DNA from: Spirochaetia bacterium UBA6919
GTDB taxonomy: Bacteria; Spirochaetota; UBA6919
Assembly: GCA_002450905.1 (NCBI GenBank)
Contig: DKAT01000049.1
Coordinates: 11,554 to 75,553 of the forward strand
Direction: 5' to 3'
DNA length: 64,000 bases
Below the pieces are notes generated by a model. That model had not been told where the DNA came from. It did not search any database and worked only from the letters and a program-made list of their open reading frames with translations. Positions 10,503-19,018 of this stretch are shown here, in pieces. A program made the position numbers and the translations under genes. Numbering within the stretch: position 1 is the stretch's first letter; every line of letters starts with the position of its first letter.

Positions 10503-11636
10503 TTGATATATAGAAAGTTTGGGAAGACCGGTAAAATGATTTCCCTCCTATCCTTTGGAGGAATGAGAATACCTAGAATCACTGTAAAAGCCTCAATAAA
10601 TGTGATTAAGCGTGCATATGAACTCGGAGTAAACTTCTATGAAACATCTCCTGGATATGGTGATTCAGAACATAAAATAGGATTAGCTTTAAAGGAAATT
10701 GATCGCTCAAAGGTTTTTATATCCACGAAATCTCACCCGGGTACGGATAAAACAGCTTATGAGGTTAGAAAACGGCTTGATGAATCTTTAAAACGGCTTG
10801 ATCTAGAATATGTTGATTTCTATCAAATCTGGGGTATAAATACAAAAGAACACTTTGATATAGTATTTAACAAGGATGGATACTTAGATGGGATTCATCA
10901 GGCAATGAAAGAAGGATTGATTCAACATATTGGATTTACAACCCATGCAGAACCTTCTTTGATACTTGATATTTTAAATACAAATGAATTTGAAACCGTC
11001 ACATTGATTTACCATCTATATCATCAGAAAAATGAAATCCCAATTCAACGCGCTCATGAATTAAATATGGGTGTTGCTGTTATAGCCCCCCTTTCAAATG
11101 GATTTTTAGCCCATCCGACAGAACAAATGATTGATGATTTCATGCCCTATAACGTAAGAGAATATTCACTCCATTGGTTAGCAAATGATCCAAGAATTAC
11201 AACAATAATTTCAGGGATGAAAACCTTTAAGGAACTGGAAGAGAATTATCAATCGATTGTATCTTTCAATTCATTCAGTAAACTACAAATTAAGAAAGCC
11301 TTAGATGTCCATACCAAATTAAGATTACGAATAGGCAATCAGTATTGTCCAGAGTGCAGAGAATGTTTACCTTGTCCTATGAATATCAATATCCCTGAAT
11401 TAATGAGGATTAACAATATATGGAAAGCTTATCACGCTGAATACTATTGCAAAGATCGGTATAAATTTATGGGAAATGGTGGATCATGGTATCCTGGTGT
11501 AAAAGCTAATCATTGTAATGATTGTGGAGAATGTGAACCAAGATGTTCTGAGAATCTAAAAATTGTTTCAATCATAAAATTACTCCATATAGATCTGTAC
11601 ACAGGTGATCGGTCTACAATTAGTAATCATACATAA
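10503..11636 (+). CDS. Aldo/keto reductase with a C-terminal Fe-S (4Fe-4S-type Cys-rich) extension
   Basis: AKR fold motifs (ETSPGYGDSE, HIGFTTH). The C-terminal region has CPECRECLPCP and CNDCGECEPRC cysteine clusters. Confidence 0.75.
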   Translation: MIYRKFGKTGKMISLLSFGGMRIPRITVKASINVIKRAYELGVNFYETSPGYGDSEHKIGLALKEIDRSKVFISTKSHPGTDKTAYEVRKRLDESLKRLDLEYVDFYQIWGINTKEHFDIVFNKDGYLDGIHQAMKEGLIQHIGFTTHAEPSLILDILNTNEFETVTLIYHLYHQKNEIPIQRAHELNMGVAVIAPLSNGFLAHPTEQMIDDFMPYNVREYSLHWLANDPRITTIISGMKTFKELEENYQSIVSFNSFSKLQIKKALDVHTKLRLRIGNQYCPECRECLPCPMNINIPELMRINNIWKAYHAEYYCKDRYKFMGNGGSWYPGVKANHCNDCGECEPRCSENLKIVSIIKLLHIDLYTGDRSTISNHT

Positions 11637-12049
11637 CATAAAATACATTATTAATAAAGTAAAATCAACTGACAAAGTAAATCACTTAACCAGCTCATCA
11701 AGGATATATAACATATATTATTTATTGGATCTATCCCGGCAGTCTTCTTAAATTGAAATCCAAATTGTCAAATTATTCTTAAACTTTCTGAGTTATATCA
11801 AATATGATGATAAATGTGGAGACGAAACACAATCGGAATCAAAATTTTCAGTTCCGATGCTGTTACATCTTATTGCCTTAATGACATATATTTAAAATTT
11901 GTGTATTAATAATGGAGTGATTTTAATTCAAATTATCATAGATTCATTTGGTTATGAAAATAAATATAGACTACTTATTGGTACAAGTTATTAAACTATA
12001 ATGCATTTGATCATGATATCGAAATTAAAATCGTACAACAATTGAATAT

Positions 12050-13465
12050 TTAATAAGTATTCATATACTTAGGAAAATGTAAACAAACAGTTATACCATT
12101 CGAATCATTATTGCTTATATCGATTGCTCCCCCATGTTCCTTCATGATCTTAAGACAAATACTCATACCAAGACCATATCCACCAGTTTTTTTAGAGCGG
12201 GATTTATCAACCCGATAGAATGGTTCAAAAATATAGGGGAGGTCATTCTGAGGAATTCCCTGTCCATAATCTTTTATAAATACTTTTAAATTATTATCGT
12301 CATTTTGCAGGGATATCTCAATGGGATCTGATTGATGTGAAGAGTATCTTAAAGCGTTGTCTAATATGTTTTTGAACACTGTGATGATCCGATCTCTGTC
12401 CAGTGATAGATATAATGAAGCTTCTGAGGTCTGGAGTATAATTCCTGGGGGATTATTATTCATGTTGCTTATGACTTCTTGAATAATTTGTATAATATTC
12501 TGTGATTGAAGATTTAATTGTCCATATTGGCTGTTTAATCGTTCAGTTTCAATGATTTCTGTGACCATTTTTTCCATCTCATTGATATCTTCCTTTAAAT
12601 TCGACTTGATTTTCTGATTGTTTAAAAACTCTAAGGATATTTTCATTCTTGTAATGGGTGACCTTAATTCGTGACTGACATTCAAGAGGAGTTGTTGTTT
12701 TGAGTAGATCATATTTTTAATTTGTTGTGTCATTTTATTGAATGTGAATGTTAAGTTTCCCAGTTCATCTTTGCTTGATATTTTTATTTGATGGTCTAAA
12801 TTACCTGATATGATTTCATTAACTCCTTGATTTATCAATTTGATGGGTTTCAGGATTCGTTTAATAGTAATATAAACGCCTATTAATATAAGAGATAAAA
12901 ATAAAATTAGTATGATTATTCTTGTTTGATCTGGTTCAGCACGGTGACGGGATAGATTTAGCTGGAAGATGAGGTATCCTTCTTCGGCTGGAACGACTTT
13001 AATAAATTGTCTTCTTTTGAAATATGAATTATTGATATTAAAATCCTTAAAAGTATTAATCTCTTTTAAGGTAAATACATTTTTGGATGTACTCCAAGAA
13101 TTTGATTTGCTTTCATAACGGATTTGGATAGAGAGTTCTTTAGATTTTATGAAAGCTTTGTCGAAAGATGGAGGTGATCCCAGATCCCGGATGATATATT
13201 GTACATATTGGTTTAGATTTTTTGATAATATTCCAGTTTGAGCAGATCGGAAGATTGATCGGAAGAACATGATCACCAGGATGTTGATGAGGATCCCCGC
13301 TACGATGATTGATATTAGGAGTTTTAAAAATATTGATTTGCGAAAGGGTGTTTTGTTGTGAATTAGTGAAGATTTTTTTTTAGTTTGGTCAGTCAAGAGT
13401 ATCTCCAATAAATAGATATCCGACACCCCATATTGTTTTGATATATTTAGGATTTTTGGGATCAT
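12050..13465 (-). CDS. Sensor histidine kinase (EnvZ/CpxA-like: periplasmic loop, HAMP, HisKA, HATPase_c)
   Basis: H-box LLLNVSHELRSPITRM, and N/G1/G2 boxes (DNALRYS, IKDYGQGIP, GGYGLGMSI). Two transmembrane segments flank a periplasmic region. The annotated start overlaps the response-regulator gene by 77 nt, so the true start is uncertain. Confidence 0.85.
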   Translation of the reverse strand: MIPKILNISKQYGVSDIYLLEILLTDQTKKKSSLIHNKTPFRKSIFLKLLISIIVAGILINILVIMFFRSIFRSAQTGILSKNLNQYVQYIIRDLGSPPSFDKAFIKSKELSIQIRYESKSNSWSTSKNVFTLKEINTFKDFNINNSYFKRRQFIKVVPAEEGYLIFQLNLSRHRAEPDQTRIIILILFLSLILIGVYITIKRILKPIKLINQGVNEIISGNLDHQIKISSKDELGNLTFTFNKMTQQIKNMIYSKQQLLLNVSHELRSPITRMKISLEFLNNQKIKSNLKEDINEMEKMVTEIIETERLNSQYGQLNLQSQNIIQIIQEVISNMNNNPPGIILQTSEASLYLSLDRDRIITVFKNILDNALRYSSHQSDPIEISLQNDDNNLKVFIKDYGQGIPQNDLPYIFEPFYRVDKSRSKKTGGYGLGMSICLKIMKEHGGAIDISNNDSNGITVCLHFPKYMNTY

Positions 13466-14078
13466 CGTTTAATTTCTGACGTAATCGGCTGATTAATATA
13501 TCGACTGAGCGATTGTATGGATCCCAGTCAATCCCCTTTAGATGATCTACAATTTGATCGCGGTTTAATACCCTGTTGAGATTCTTTGTGAAAAATAATA
13601 AGACCTCATATTCCATAGTGGTTAGATCGATAGGATTATTGTTTAATATGACGAGATGCCTGTTTGTATCAATGGTGAGGGATTTAATTTGAATTTTTTT
13701 GGTTAAGATGTAATGATTTTCCCTGCGAAAGATCGATTGTATACGGGCGACAAGTTCTCTGGGTTCAAAGGGTTTTGGGAGATAATCATCGGCACCCAGT
13801 TCAATACCGACAATTCGATCTGTGACATCTCCTCTGGCTGTGAGCATGATAATTGGTACGGTTGATATTTCCCGAATCATTTTACAGAGTTCGAATCCAT
13901 TGATATCGGGGAGCATAACATCGAGGATGATGAGATCGATTTGATTTGATCTTAATTGATTCAGTCCTTCTTTGGGATGGGTTGTGGATATGACCCGATA
14001 GTTAAATCCTGATAGATATTCTGACAGGAGTTGTATAAGTTTTCTGTCGTCGTCGATAAGCAATATTTGTTTGTTCAT
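13389..14078 (-). CDS. OmpR/PhoB-family response regulator
   Basis: Receiver domain (LLIDDD...DLIILDVMLP...K) plus a C-terminal winged-helix trans_reg_C domain (RLRQKL...IKTIWGVGY). Confidence 0.9.
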   Translation of the reverse strand: MNKQILLIDDDRKLIQLLSEYLSGFNYRVISTTHPKEGLNQLRSNQIDLIILDVMLPDINGFELCKMIREISTVPIIMLTARGDVTDRIVGIELGADDYLPKPFEPRELVARIQSIFRRENHYILTKKIQIKSLTIDTNRHLVILNNNPIDLTTMEYEVLLFFTKNLNRVLNRDQIVDHLKGIDWDPYNRSVDILISRLRQKLNDDPKNPKYIKTIWGVGYLFIGDTLD

Positions 14079-14124
14079 AGAGACTCTGAATCCCCCTGTA
14101 GAAAATCCACAGGAGGAATATAAT

Positions 14125-14631
14125 TTATTTTTTTGAGTGTCTGTTGAGTTTCTTTTCGAGGAAGTTGTATAATTTTTGTTTTTGCTCAGGCTTCAAGACT
14201 TTATGGAACTCATGAGCTTTGTCTATAAGGAATATACGGAATTTTTTAATCTTTTTTTGCTGTGAGTTTATAAGTTTGTTTAATTTTTCTTTGTCTAACT
14301 CATCTTCTTTGACTTGTGAGAGGAGTTCTTTGAAGATTAATTTTCGTGTTCCTCTCATTTCCCTGGATTTCTGGACGATTTCATTTTTTATTTTGTCTAA
14401 AACTTTTTTCTGGTTATCATCGAGTTCTAATTTTTTTGTAATTTTCTTGGAAATCCACTCAGCCCTTTTTTCAATGGGAGCATGGTGATATTTACGATGC
14501 TGGTGCCCAGAACAAGTCCCGATGGATATTAGCACACCAACTACAAGTAGGATGGATGATATCCATAGGATATTTTTTTTAGAAAAAGATTTTTTTGATG
14601 ATATTTTGTTTGAATTTTGATTTTCAATCAT
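14125..14631 (-). CDS. Periplasmic Spy/CpxP-family (LTxxQ-motif) protein
   Basis: Signal/anchor segment, H-rich stretch (GHQHRKYHHAP), and two LTxxQ-like motifs (LELDDNQKKVL, LKPEQKQKL) in a helical K/E-rich protein. Sits immediately upstream of the response regulator and histidine kinase. Confidence 0.6.
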   Translation of the reverse strand: MIENQNSNKISSKKSFSKKNILWISSILLVVGVLISIGTCSGHQHRKYHHAPIEKRAEWISKKITKKLELDDNQKKVLDKIKNEIVQKSREMRGTRKLIFKELLSQVKEDELDKEKLNKLINSQQKKIKKFRIFLIDKAHEFHKVLKPEQKQKLYNFLEKKLNRHSKK

Positions 14632-14661
14632 TTGAAACTCCTTAATTTTGATAATATTGAA

Positions 14662-14713
14662 TGTAACATAGAAATGTGTTGGATTCTTTGCTCAGTTGTA
14701 ACAAATTGTAACA
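14662..14713 (-). promoter_or_regulatory. Direct repeats of TGTTACA (minus-strand reading): a tandem pair at 10-bp spacing (14697-14703, 14707-14713) plus a third copy at 14662-14668; candidate response-regulator box upstream of the Spy-like gene
   Basis: Read from the sequence as GTTAC-N5-GTTAC. It has the same architecture as the CpxR box GTAAA-N5-GTAAA that precedes cpxP in E. coli. Confidence 0.35.
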
Positions 14714-14741
14714 TGATATTATTTTGTAAGGGATCTAATTT

Positions 14742-14815
14742 TAGCGGCGCAGGGATTCGAACCCCGGACCTGTGGATTATGATTCCATCGCTCTAACCAG
14801 CTGAGCTACGCCGCC
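14742..14815 (-). tRNA. tRNA-Met (anticodon CAU), elongator type; tRNA-Ile2 (lysidine-CAU) cannot be excluded
   Basis: The reverse complement folds as a cloverleaf: acceptor GGCGGCG, D-arm TAGCTCAGCTGGTTAGAGC, anticodon loop ATCATAA, T-arm GGTTCGAATCC. CCA is not encoded. Confidence 0.8.
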
Positions 14816-14874
14816 AGAAATGTTTAGACTAAGTGTATGGATGGTTTTCAACATGGGAATAGATTATAATTTAT

Positions 14875-14948
14875 TAGCGGGGACAGGATTCGAACCTGTG
14901 ATCTTCGGGTTATGAGCCCGACGAGATAACCAACTTCTCCACCCCGCG
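14875..14948 (-). tRNA. Initiator tRNA-fMet (anticodon CAU)
   Basis: The reverse complement, CGCGGGGTGGAGAAGTTGGTTATCTCGTCGGGCTCATAACCCGAAGATCACAGGTTCGAATCCTGTCCCCGC, is nearly identical in architecture to E. coli tRNA-fMet. It has three consecutive G-C pairs in the anticodon stem and an unpaired position 1:72. Confidence 0.88.
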
Positions 14949-14960
14949 TCGGTGGTATGA

Positions 14961-14988
14961 AAAATAATATATTTATCGAATAAGTCAA
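14961..14988 (-). promoter_or_regulatory. Candidate sigma-70-type promoter for the tRNA pair (TTGACT-16 nt-TATTTT on the minus strand)
   Basis: The -35 TTGACT is the reverse complement of 14983-14988. The -10-like TATTTT at 14961-14966 lies about 12 nt before the tRNA-fMet 5' end. Confidence 0.25.
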
Positions 14989-15012
14989 ATTTTCTACTCT
15001 ATAATATTAATT

Positions 15013-15981
15013 TTAGATTGAATAGTAAAATCGGTGAGTAAGCCGATCATCAACTCTTTTGTAGTCATGAAAATAATCAAGTAGAGATGGGGGTAAATTT
15101 ATTTTGACAGAATCCGAAATATATAATTGGTTTATATGACTATCACTATAGACTATGTGGGTGACATGATTGATAGCATCACTAACGATATCTGTTTTAA
15201 TTTGTAGGTATTTAGCTTGTCCATATGATATAGCAATTTTTAGTCCAACATTCTGAGGAAATGGATTTTCACTCATATTAAATAAATTAAATCCAATAAG
15301 GGTATCAATGGCACATAAGACAGCATATCTTGATCCTTCCACGGAATAAAAACACCCCAAGACGTTATCTGATGTTCTATTCCATATTGTACCATTCATA
15401 ATTGATATTTTTTTTTCAATATAATCTCTAATTGTACTATGGATTTTTTCAATTTCTTCCTTACTGATGAGTGCATCGAGATTGTTAGAAACAATTCTTA
15501 CAATTATAAATGCAAAGTCATAGACCTGATTAATTGAAAGATTATCCCAGTTAAACTTTTTATAGTTGATTTCTGTATCTTCTTTTTCTGATGGAAATAA
15601 ATTTAGGATAATCTGGTGTAGTTCTTCGGTGTATTCTTCCCAGTTCAATGAATTATTTTTTATAAAATAATTAGCTATACCATTTCTAAAAGATTTTACA
15701 GCAAATTCTTCGCCTCCATGTTCTGTAAAAACTACAGTTGGAAGCACAATATCGAGTTTTTTTAAGAAATCTAATAAATAATTTATATCTGTAACGGGAG
15801 GATTATGATCAGAAATTACGAGATGAAAAGTTTTATTTTTAATAAGATGGACAGCTTCCTCTGTTGAATTGACTATAGTAAAGTTCAATTCCAGCAAATT
15901 ATAGGATATTTTTTGTAAATATGATTTATAATTATTAATATATTGCTGATCTGATTCGATAATTAATATTCTTGCTTCCAT
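15013..15981 (-). CDS. Receiver (REC-like) domain fused to a degenerate class III nucleotidyl-cyclase homology domain
   Basis: N-terminal CheY-like fold (ILIIESD...HLVISDHN). The C-terminal ~180 aa align to the neighbouring cyclase (NGTIWNRTSDNVLGCF vs NGRIWEWLGDGGMAVF; GLKIAISYGQAKY vs SIRIGIHCGLLTY). Its first metal-binding Asp position reads IVRIVSNN rather than IDIVDSS. Confidence 0.6.
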   Translation of the reverse strand: MEARILIIESDQQYINNYKSYLQKISYNLLELNFTIVNSTEEAVHLIKNKTFHLVISDHNPPVTDINYLLDFLKKLDIVLPTVVFTEHGGEEFAVKSFRNGIANYFIKNNSLNWEEYTEELHQIILNLFPSEKEDTEINYKKFNWDNLSINQVYDFAFIIVRIVSNNLDALISKEEIEKIHSTIRDYIEKKISIMNGTIWNRTSDNVLGCFYSVEGSRYAVLCAIDTLIGFNLFNMSENPFPQNVGLKIAISYGQAKYLQIKTDIVSDAINHVTHIVYSDSHINQLYISDSVKINLPPSLLDYFHDYKRVDDRLTHRFYYSI

Positions 15982-16027
15982 TCAAACCTGTTGAATTCTT
16001 ATCAATTTAAAAAAAATATATAATAAA

Positions 16028-16951
16028 TTAATCAGGTGATCCAATTGAATATTGAAATTTATATAATTGCCCTAATTTAGTTTTTTTATTTGCATAAAAG
16101 TTTTTTTTGATGTTCTGTTCTAAATCAGTCATCACAGCACCACTTACAGTCATCTCATTAGGATAGGTGTAATCCTTCTCGATTATAAGGGCTTGTTTTT
16201 TTGCATCACCTGTGATATCGGCAAAATTATCCTTATAAGTGAGTAATCCGCAGTGAATGCCAATTCTTATAGATATTTTTTGTGGAATGAAGTTCATCAT
16301 TGAGTTAAATAAGATTATGTTTATCAGAATATCGATTGAGGACAAGACAGCGTCACTTATTCCCTCTCTATCGTGGAAAACAGCCATTCCTCCGTCTCCT
16401 AACCATTCCCATATCCGACCATTGTATTTTTGAATTCTTCTAAATACATAAGACCTAAAATTATTAAAGGTTTTTTCAACTAATTCTCTTTTACAGGTAT
16501 GAACAATTTTTGAGCTATCGACGATATCTATACTCACACAGGTAAGGAAGTATTCTCTCTCAGGAACAAGAATTCCCCATCCTCTGCCTTCTGTATTGCA
16601 CTGTTCAAGGCGATTTGATTCTTTGTTGTATTTCAGACCACAACTATGGAGACTATTTAGAAACTCTGTGAGATTATATAATTTTATATCCCGTCCTTTG
16701 TAAGTATTTAGGGATAGGATATAACTAATTAGTTCATCTAAAATGCCTTTTTCATCAAAATAATTAACTGTTAAATCAGCTGCAGTAGCTCGGGGAATGT
16801 CCACGCCTTTTGGGAAATCAGCCAGTTTTTCAAGATCAAATGCCTGGTTAACCCAAGCCCCAATATGCTTTAGCTCTTTAGAGTTAAAAGAGTTATAAAG
16901 GAGTTTCTGAAATTGTTTTTTTGCAATATTTTGAAAAACAAAAGATCCCAT
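16028..16951 (-). CDS. Class III adenylyl/guanylyl-type nucleotidyl cyclase with an uncharacterised ~150-aa N-terminal domain
   Basis: Cyclase homology domain motifs: VSIDIVDSS (first metal Asp), LGDGGMAVF (second Asp), and IRIGIHCG (transition-state region). Confidence 0.7.
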   Translation of the reverse strand: MGSFVFQNIAKKQFQKLLYNSFNSKELKHIGAWVNQAFDLEKLADFPKGVDIPRATAADLTVNYFDEKGILDELISYILSLNTYKGRDIKLYNLTEFLNSLHSCGLKYNKESNRLEQCNTEGRGWGILVPEREYFLTCVSIDIVDSSKIVHTCKRELVEKTFNNFRSYVFRRIQKYNGRIWEWLGDGGMAVFHDREGISDAVLSSIDILINIILFNSMMNFIPQKISIRIGIHCGLLTYKDNFADITGDAKKQALIIEKDYTYPNEMTVSGAVMTDLEQNIKKNFYANKKTKLGQLYKFQYSIGSPD

Positions 16952-16990
16952 GATTCAATTATAATAAATAAAGCATCAATAGGCAATAAA

Positions 16991-17770
16991 TTATAATTCT
17001 CCGAGGGGATCTTTTTTTTCTGTGCTTAAAAGTTTATCTATTTGATCCTTAATAGATTTAAAGTCTTTCCAAAGGGATTGGAGGAGGTTTAGGTTTGTAA
17101 AAATAATGTGAATATTAGTTGGAAAAGTTCTCCCATAGGAACTTAAAAATATCTTGTAATTATCTTTTTTCCATTGATAAGTTTCTGTGACTGGATCATA
17201 GATTGATTTCTCACCAAATTTCTTATGATAAAGCTCGACAAGATTATTCATTTCGTTAATCTGAACAAGGACTTCAAATCGGCATTGATACAATTTGTTT
17301 TTATAGAACTTGAGATAAATGGATTGTATCTTTGGGTGTATTTTATTAGTTGGAAAAATTATTTGATTGGGGGTATAATACTCATCCGATGACTTCTGCC
17401 GAGTTGATTTAGGGGATAATATATACTCAATTAAATCTTTATAATAGATACGATTCCCTTGAATAACTACGGAAGGGAGATTTGCGTTATTTAATTTGTC
17501 CTTATTTTTTAATTGTTTGATATTTTGGTAAAAATGATTTGTAGTCCCCTTGAGGAAGCCTATAAATGATGAATCTATTGATTTTAAATGACTTTCAATA
17601 AATTGTAGAGAGCTATTTAATAGGATAGGGGATATACCATAATTCGTACTAACTTGTTTCTTAGAGGGATCTGGTTTGGATAAATCCAATTTCTCTCCTG
17701 CTGAGAAAGAAAAATAGTTAGTCACTATTAACAATATAAGCGTGGAAAAGAAGATTTTTAAAATACTCAC
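16991..17770 (-). CDS. Secreted hypothetical protein
   Basis: N-terminal signal peptide MSILKIFFSTLILLIVTNYFSFSAG. No recognisable domain. First gene of the apparent three-gene minus-strand unit with the two cyclase paralogues. Confidence 0.5.
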   Translation of the reverse strand: MSILKIFFSTLILLIVTNYFSFSAGEKLDLSKPDPSKKQVSTNYGISPILLNSSLQFIESHLKSIDSSFIGFLKGTTNHFYQNIKQLKNKDKLNNANLPSVVIQGNRIYYKDLIEYILSPKSTRQKSSDEYYTPNQIIFPTNKIHPKIQSIYLKFYKNKLYQCRFEVLVQINEMNNLVELYHKKFGEKSIYDPVTETYQWKKDNYKIFLSSYGRTFPTNIHIIFTNLNLLQSLWKDFKSIKDQIDKLLSTEKKDPLGEL

Positions 17771-17935
17771 GAGATCCCCAAAAAAGACTTTATAGATAAA
17801 TATATATTTATTTTCGTACGGTTATTGAGAGTCTTTAAATATTTCAAATATTTTTTTATTATCAGGTTTGAAAATTGCCTAAGGATAGCCGATAAATTGG
17901 AAAACAAGGACTGTTATTGTGCTGGAGGATTTATG

Positions 17936-19018
17936 CACCATAAGTTGAGATTTATAGGGATATTTATAATAATTTTATTAACTTATTTTCAATCATATTC
18001 AAATGACAATAAGCAGATTATAGTTGATAAATCACAAAAAGATAATGTGATACCATTTAATGTGCGTTATAAAATAGCTGAATATGAACAAAACCGTCAG
18101 ATATCATCACCGTTAAGTATATCAAGCCGTGATATATTGTGGGAATTTGGTAAAAATGGTGAATATGTGGATATGATCATCCGTAAAAAGTGGGGGATTC
18201 GATCGGTATTATTAACCAACATGTATTATGGAGATAAATTTATAAAAGATTATGGCGATAAAGCTTATGGTCTTCGTAGCCGTAAATATAATTACGTTAA
18301 TGGAAATGAAGTACGATATGTCCATAAAGGTTTTGTAGGAAAGAGACAGCATTTATTTTTCCTAGTTGATTCTAATCCTGAGCGCCATAGTGTTTTTGGA
18401 TGGGCTTTTAGAATAAGGATACCACGTGTTGTAGAGTTTGGATATAAGACTGCTGGAGAGAATTTTGGTATTCTCACATTTGAAAAGGGAATCACCATTA
18501 ATTTGAGAACCTATGCAAGAAAATACGCTGATCACAGGGGGAAATTCATGAATACCCCCATCCGCATCAATCTTTCAAGAGATGAATACAATGAAAAGAT
18601 GAAACCCTCCATAATTAAATTAAAAGAATATTATCAAAAGAATTATAAAGTAGTTATGGTCAAATTTACAAGCCAGATCGATTATATCAAATACTTCTTA
18701 ATAAGAGATATTTATGAATCTAAATATTTTAGAAAGATTAGTTTCACATCCCACGATAAAATAGGTCATAAAACAGCTATTGTTCTTCGGGCAGTAAAAA
18801 AACAAGGTGGGGATATTATGATAACAGCCTTAATCTATTTTAAAATTGGGAGTTCAGAAAAGGATTATGATATCTCAGCCATAGATCAGAAAAATCGTGT
18901 CTCCAAAACATATATTTCAACCACAGTGAAGCAATATACTCCACGACATTCTGAAAATAGGAATAAATCTATTGAGAAAAATGGAGATGATGAAGTGATT
19001 TTTGATGAACAAAAGTAA
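17936..19018 (+). CDS. Secreted hypothetical protein; start uncertain (17825 in the ORF track, or the Met at 17936 before the hydrophobic leader)
   Basis: Leader segment MHHKLRFIGIFIIILLTYFQS, followed by a long K/Y-rich soluble domain with no recognised motif. Confidence 0.45.
   Translation, partial: HHKLRFIGIFIIILLTYFQSYSNDNKQIIVDKSQKDNVIPFNVRYKIAEYEQNRQISSPLSISSRDILWEFGKNGEYVDMIIRKKWGIRSVLLTNMYYGDKFIKDYGDKAYGLRSRKYNYVNGNEVRYVHKGFVGKRQHLFFLVDSNPERHSVFGWAFRIRIPRVVEFGYKTAGENFGILTFEKGITINLRTYARKYADHRGKFMNTPIRINLSRDEYNEKMKPSIIKLKEYYQKNYKVVMVKFTSQIDYIKYFLIRDIYESKYFRKISFTSHDKIGHKTAIVLRAVKKQGGDIMITALIYFKIGSSEKDYDISAIDQKNRVSKTYISTTVKQYTPRHSENRNKSIEKNGDDEVIFDEQK

Noticed and set aside
14742-14815. 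Assigning the first CAU-anticodon tRNA as tRNA-Ile2 (lysidine)
   Set aside because: The D-arm and overall sequence resemble elongator tRNA-Met more closely. I cannot exclude Ile2 without a tRNA classifier, so it is kept as Met with a caveat.
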